From an uncultured Chloroflexia bacterium (GTDB lineage Bacteria > Chloroflexota > Limnocylindria > Limnocylindrales > CSP1-4), in NCBI GenBank assembly GCA_963768655.1, contig CAVYIM010000005.1, positions 448,001-512,000 of the forward strand: a stretch of 64,000 nt of DNA. Reading direction: 5' to 3'. Numbering within the stretch: position 1 is the stretch's first letter; every line of letters begins with the position of its first letter. A model generated the notes under the pieces. That model saw only the letters and a list, made by a program, of their open reading frames with translations. It made no database searches and was not told the DNA's origin. The position numbers were made by a program, and so were the translations under genes. Below, in pieces: positions 60,141-64,000 of this stretch.

Positions 60141-60794
60141 CTACCCTGTCACTTGGTCTGTCGTGATCCGGAGAGGAGCAGCGCCTTCTACGTTCGGCGC
60201 GATCTCGACAAGGCGGAGACGGACGAAGACTCCGTCTTTCGGTTCTGGCCGCCATTCGTACCGCTGCAGCACGCCCTGTCCGAGCACTCCCATGGTCTGG
60301 ATGTCATAGATGATTTGCTCAGGCCAGAGTGGTGGCCTGCCCGGCTTCGCCTCCGCCGACTGGACGAAATCGTTGATGACGCCGCGGAAAGTCCCCTTTT
60401 CACCGGGCATCAAAGCGTTGGCAAGCTCCAGTGTCATCTCGGCGGAGCCTATCGGCGCTTCCCAATGCGGACCCACGACGGGGCTCTTTGGAGCGCGAAG
60501 AACGAGTCTTGGCCTGAGGACAGCCGCCGAGTCGCTTGGGTTGGCCACCTCGAGCTCGATCGTGTGCGGCCCGTTCGAGTAAGCCGGCGGGCTCGCCTGA
60601 ACGATCACCGCGGCAATGATCTGCGCGTCTCGCGCTCGGTTGCGCTCAGTGGCCTCCGCCAGGTCTGCCTGGCGTTTGAGCACGCCGACCATGTTGTGGT
60701 TCTGCCAAGCGTAGTAGGCCGTGACACCGACCAAGACCAAGGTCCCCGCGGCGAGGATCACGGTCGCGGCCGCAAGAACCGTGTTTGAGTCCAT
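60141..60794 (-). CDS. hypothetical protein with N-terminal TM helix and short coiled coil
   Basis: 217-aa ORF; AAATVILAAGTLVLVGVTAYYAW TM segment; co-oriented with island neighbours. Confidence 0.7.
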   Translation of the reverse strand: MDSNTVLAAATVILAAGTLVLVGVTAYYAWQNHNMVGVLKRQADLAEATERNRARDAQIIAAVIVQASPPAYSNGPHTIELEVANPSDSAAVLRPRLVLRAPKSPVVGPHWEAPIGSAEMTLELANALMPGEKGTFRGVINDFVQSAEAKPGRPPLWPEQIIYDIQTMGVLGQGVLQRYEWRPEPKDGVFVRLRLVEIAPNVEGAAPLRITTDQVTG

Positions 60795-60924
60795 TGCCTT
60801 CGCCCTCTATGGTCGATGGGTCATCGACCACTCTTGACGTGTTCACCCACAGCAGGAGGATCGATGCAGAGCCCGACGATCTCGCAAACTTGGGCACCCC
60901 ATCGGGCTGCGAGTTGCGGTCCTT

Positions 60925-61658
60925 CTACTCGATGGGGGCCGGCCACTGGACGATGGCATCTTGCCATAGCCGCGCCTGTCCCTCGATGCCTAGAGAGCAG
61001 ATCCGGCTCGCCGTGCCGAGCAGGTGCGCTATCAAAGGGCCAGCCATCGCCCTGAGGTGGATCCCACGGAAGGCACCCTCCACGACGAGGTGCTGCCCAT
61101 CGGGCCGCTGCTCGATCCGATGACTTGACAGCGCCGAGCCTCCGAGGTGGGCCCAATCGCTGGATATGCGGAAGATGACCTGGTAGGCCTCCCACATGGC
61201 ACTATCGCCGGTCGCCAGGGCCATCGCTTCGCTTGATGGGAGCAGCGGGCCGCGTTCACCGATCTTCTCGCCGGCATCCCGGGCTCGATTGCGTACGTCA
61301 GCCACGTTGGCCTCCATCTCGGCCATACGCTCGGTTGAATAGACCGGACCGCTGCTACTGCCTCGGCGAGTTCTGAACTCTCGAAATGGCGCAGCGCGGG
61401 CGATCCGATTCCGATCGTCTTCTGCGAAATGCATCTCGACGCGAAGGGGTGGGTCATCTTCGATCCAGCGCAGCAGGATCGCCGCGTCGGCGACTGTTCG
61501 GAGCAGGATCGGTGCCGTGATGCCGAGGGGATCGGCCACAGCCTCACGCCGGAGCCCGCGGTACACCTCGAACGCCTGACGAGCGAGGCCAAGAACGACC
61601 ACGCACGGCTTGCCTCGTTCCTCCACTGGGACATCGAGATAGCCCGCGAGTTTGTCTA
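60925..61658 (-). pseudogene. DUF5677-like (HEPN-like) protein interrupted by IS630; 5' end at 62796-62848
   Basis: LLRTVADA..LLRWI and YQVIFRISSDWAH motifs; ORF open up to the IS end; ATG with AAGAAGGA RBS lies on the far side of the IS. Family assignment is tentative. Confidence 0.62.
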
Positions 61659-62795
61659 GTGTCCCGGGCTGCAGCAGGCTAGGCAGTTCTGCCGTTCGCA
61701 GCTACAATTCGGTGCATGCCGAACCACGCAGCGCCCCCATTGACCATCAGCGAGTCTGAGCGAGCGTCGCTACGAGCCCTCTTGCGAGCAGGCACGACCG
61801 AGCAACGCCTGGTGATGCGAGCCCGGATCGTGCTCGCCGCCGCCGACGGGACCGCGAACGAACGCATAGCTGCGCAGCTCGGGGTCCACCGCATGACGGT
61901 GCTGCTGTGGCGCGGACGGTTTCTGCGTGAACGCATGGCCGGTCTCGCAGATTTGCCCAGGCCAGGCCGCGAACTGACCTATGACCGGGCCGCCCGCGAT
62001 CGGGTCATCGCCTTCACCCTGGAGCCGCCGCCTTTCGGGACTACCCACTGGAGTTCGCGGGCCATGGCAGCGCGGACCGGCATCAGCGTCACGACCATCC
62101 AGCGCATCTGGCGCGAGGCGAACCTGAAGCCGCACCGGACCGAGACGTTCAAGTTCAGCACCGATCCCGATCTTGTGGCCAAGGTCCGTGACGTCGTGGG
62201 GCTGTATCTGAACCCTCCGGAGCGAGCGATCGTGCTCAGCGTCGACGAGAAGACCCAGATCCAGGCTCTCGAGCGAACGGCCCCGATGCTGCCGCTCAAG
62301 CCCGGCCAGGTCGAGCGCCATACCCACGACTACAAACGCAACGGCACCACTCAGCTGTTCGCCGCTCTCGAAGTCGCCACTGGCAAGGTGACCACTCAGA
62401 CGCGGGCTCGCCACACGGCTGCCGACTTCCTGGCCTTCCTGCGCGAGATCGAGCGGGCCTATCCGCAGGGAGAACTTGCGGTCGTGCTCGACAACGTCAG
62501 CTCCCACAAGACGCCGGCCATCCGCGAGTGGCTCGAAGCTAATCCGCGAGTTAGCTTTCACTTCACCCCCACCAGCGCGTCCTGGATGAACCAGATCGAG
62601 ACCTGGTTCGGCATCCTCTCCCGTCAGGCTATTCGCCGGGGCAGCTTCCGCTCCGTCAAGGAACTCATCGCGATGATCGTGGCCTTCACGGCCAGCTGGA
62701 ACGAGGGCTCTACGCCCTTCGCCTGGGTCAAGACCGCCGATCAGATCCTGGCCAAGGCGGTGCGCAAGCCCTCAGTGATCGGCGAATCGGGACAC
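61659..62795 (+). mobile_element. IS630-family insertion sequence (1137 bp) with TA target duplication
   Basis: Terminal inverted repeats GTGTCCCG / CGGGACAC flanked by TA at 61657-58 and 62796-97, within CTAG. Confidence 0.92.
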
Positions 62796-62798
62796 TAG
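61716..62798 (+). CDS. IS630-family transposase
   Basis: HTH N-terminus, VDEKTQIQAL, HDYKRNGT, LDNVSSHK, SASWMNQIETWF; stop codon uses the target TA. Confidence 0.96.
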   Translation: MPNHAAPPLTISESERASLRALLRAGTTEQRLVMRARIVLAAADGTANERIAAQLGVHRMTVLLWRGRFLRERMAGLADLPRPGRELTYDRAARDRVIAFTLEPPPFGTTHWSSRAMAARTGISVTTIQRIWREANLKPHRTETFKFSTDPDLVAKVRDVVGLYLNPPERAIVLSVDEKTQIQALERTAPMLPLKPGQVERHTHDYKRNGTTQLFAALEVATGKVTTQTRARHTAADFLAFLREIERAYPQGELAVVLDNVSSHKTPAIREWLEANPRVSFHFTPTSASWMNQIETWFGILSRQAIRRGSFRSVKELIAMIVAFTASWNEGSTPFAWVKTADQILAKAVRKPSVIGESGH

Positions 62799-62894
62799 AA
62801 CCGCCCCGCCGCTTCTATGGCCTCCAGGAACGGCGCGGGCTCTGGCATATATATCCTTCTTGGGTGATTTGGAGCTTTACGCCATGAAGGCGCC

Positions 62895-63464
62895 CTATAG
62901 CTTGCCCGCAATCCTCACGATGCGATGCGGCTCAACCAGCTTGGCGATCTCGGCGGTGAACCTGTCGCCCAGCGACGGCCAATTCCAGAACGTGAGGCTC
63001 AGCGAGCCCGCAGCGAGCCAGGGTTCGAGTCTCCATTCACGAACCGGATAGTCAGCACCGCAAACCTCGCACGTAAACCCCGCGTCGTCCGACCCGTCGT
63101 ACCAGAGCCCGATCACGTCCCCCCAGTCGTCCGGAAGTTGCCGAGTGTGACCACGCGGGCATTTCCCGACCTCGTCCCAGCCAACCGACACGGAAACGTT
63201 TCGTACGGCCGACAGGTCTAGGCCGTTGGTCCGAAGTTGTCGCAGATCGCTCCGCTTATCCTCGGGGATCTCATCTTCAGGGTCCACCCACTCCGCGTAC
63301 CGTTCGCCCGGTCCGTACCCTCCGCCCGACCCAGGAACGCAGTCGGAGAGCGCACGTTCGACGATGCCCTGGGCCCACAGCCAATCGAGCGCTCGAGCCG
63401 CAAGGCTCTTCGCCTCCGCGTCGGAGGCGTCGACGTCCACGATGGCTTGAAACCCGTCGCCCAT
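62895..63464 (-). CDS. hypothetical protein with putative Zn-binding motifs
   Basis: 189 aa; CPRGH and CEVCG motifs, FWNWP; AGAGGGG RBS. Confidence 0.75.
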   Translation of the reverse strand: MGDGFQAIVDVDASDAEAKSLAARALDWLWAQGIVERALSDCVPGSGGGYGPGERYAEWVDPEDEIPEDKRSDLRQLRTNGLDLSAVRNVSVSVGWDEVGKCPRGHTRQLPDDWGDVIGLWYDGSDDAGFTCEVCGADYPVREWRLEPWLAAGSLSLTFWNWPSLGDRFTAEIAKLVEPHRIVRIAGKL

Positions 63465-63542
63465 GATCGTCCCCTCTTGTCTCGGTGTCTCGGCCGCGCA
63501 CCTTCGAGATTGCCATCGTACCGGAAGCAAACCAGGGCTCGT

Positions 63543-63818
63543 TCAGCGGCGCGGTTGTTCGTCGGCGGCGAGTTCAGCGATTGCCGAAGCTGGAACCAGC
63601 CGGCGGCGGCCAACCTTGATCGACCGCAAGCGCCCGGCGCCGATCGCAGCGTAGATGGTCGTCCTGCCCACTCCCGTCAGCTCGGCTGCCTGTTCGATCG
63701 AGAGCAACTGCTCCGCGACGGTCTCATGGCTGTTGGCCTCAGCTCGGACCGCGGCCAGGATCGCGTCTGCCAGGGCATCTGTCGCGGCTCGGATGGCAGC
63801 CTCGTGATCGGCGCTCAT
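63543..63818 (-). CDS. excisionase-like DNA-binding protein (HTH_17)
   Basis: LLSIEQAAELTGVGRTTIYAAI..G.L.SIKVGRRRLVP. Confidence 0.88.
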   Translation of the reverse strand: MSADHEAAIRAATDALADAILAAVRAEANSHETVAEQLLSIEQAAELTGVGRTTIYAAIGAGRLRSIKVGRRRLVPASAIAELAADEQPRR

Positions 63819-64000
63819 CGCTCGCAGGTTTCGGGCCACTTGCCTTCGATCGGCACTTACCCGTTGATCGCCCGGAGGCCGGCCATTTGCTCGCCAATTG
63901 GTCGCGGCCCCTGCGTTTCTTACAATTCTTACAACTCCTGTAACAACGACCCGGGGCCCAATTCGCGGCCGCCAGCACCTCCTCGACCTTACGGAGCCGC

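Larger units (their letters stand above)
58730..64000. mobile_element. integrated element (genomic island or phage-satellite-like) continuing beyond the window
   Basis: Bounded by the tRNA att fragment; visibly lower GC, orphan cargo genes, an IS630 and an excisionase-like gene. No integrase within the window. Confidence 0.75.

Overview
GC-rich bacterial chromosome segment. The 16S sequence (short helix-39 region) and gene content suggest Chloroflexota, probably a Limnocylindria/Ellin6529-type lineage; this is inference. From 1 to 27 kb it is a housekeeping block with Firmicutes-like gene order: rpsA-like S1, clpC-radA-PIN/TRAM-ispDF-cysS-rlmB, an Fpg/Nei glycosylase, a complete minus-strand rRNA operon (16S-Ile-Ala-23S-5S, tandem promoters), recR-ebfC-dnaX, a large SRP RNA, three tRNA-Ser genes, tRNA-Arg and tadA. 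From 28 to 48 kb a shikimate operon (aroF-A-E-C-KB-Q-chorismate mutase) converges on a trp operon (trpE-G-D-[C-F-B fusion]-A). From 48 to 57 kb are a ferredoxin-NADP reductase, a giant kinase/AAA/GAF/PAS/HK/REC protein and an RsiV-like protein. From 56.7 kb onward is a tandem set of elements integrated at tRNA-Ser(TGA), with pseudogenes, an IS630 and an excisionase. Best leads: (1) a syntenic tadA whose catalytic Glu is replaced (HAE to HAV, as in the non-catalytic eukaryotic ADAT3/Tad3 subunit) close to a tRNA-Arg with a GCG anticodon that needs no A-to-I editing; (2) an unannotated 12-aa FYFY leader peptide and terminator before the aro operon, facing a Trp T-box on the trp operon; (3) a TrpC-TrpF-TrpB triple fusion; (4) RlmB with a ~330-aa G/R/P/aromatic-rich disordered N-terminus; (5) an Actinobacteria-like insertion in 23S domain III; (6) nested att sites; (7) duplicated orphan small proteins.
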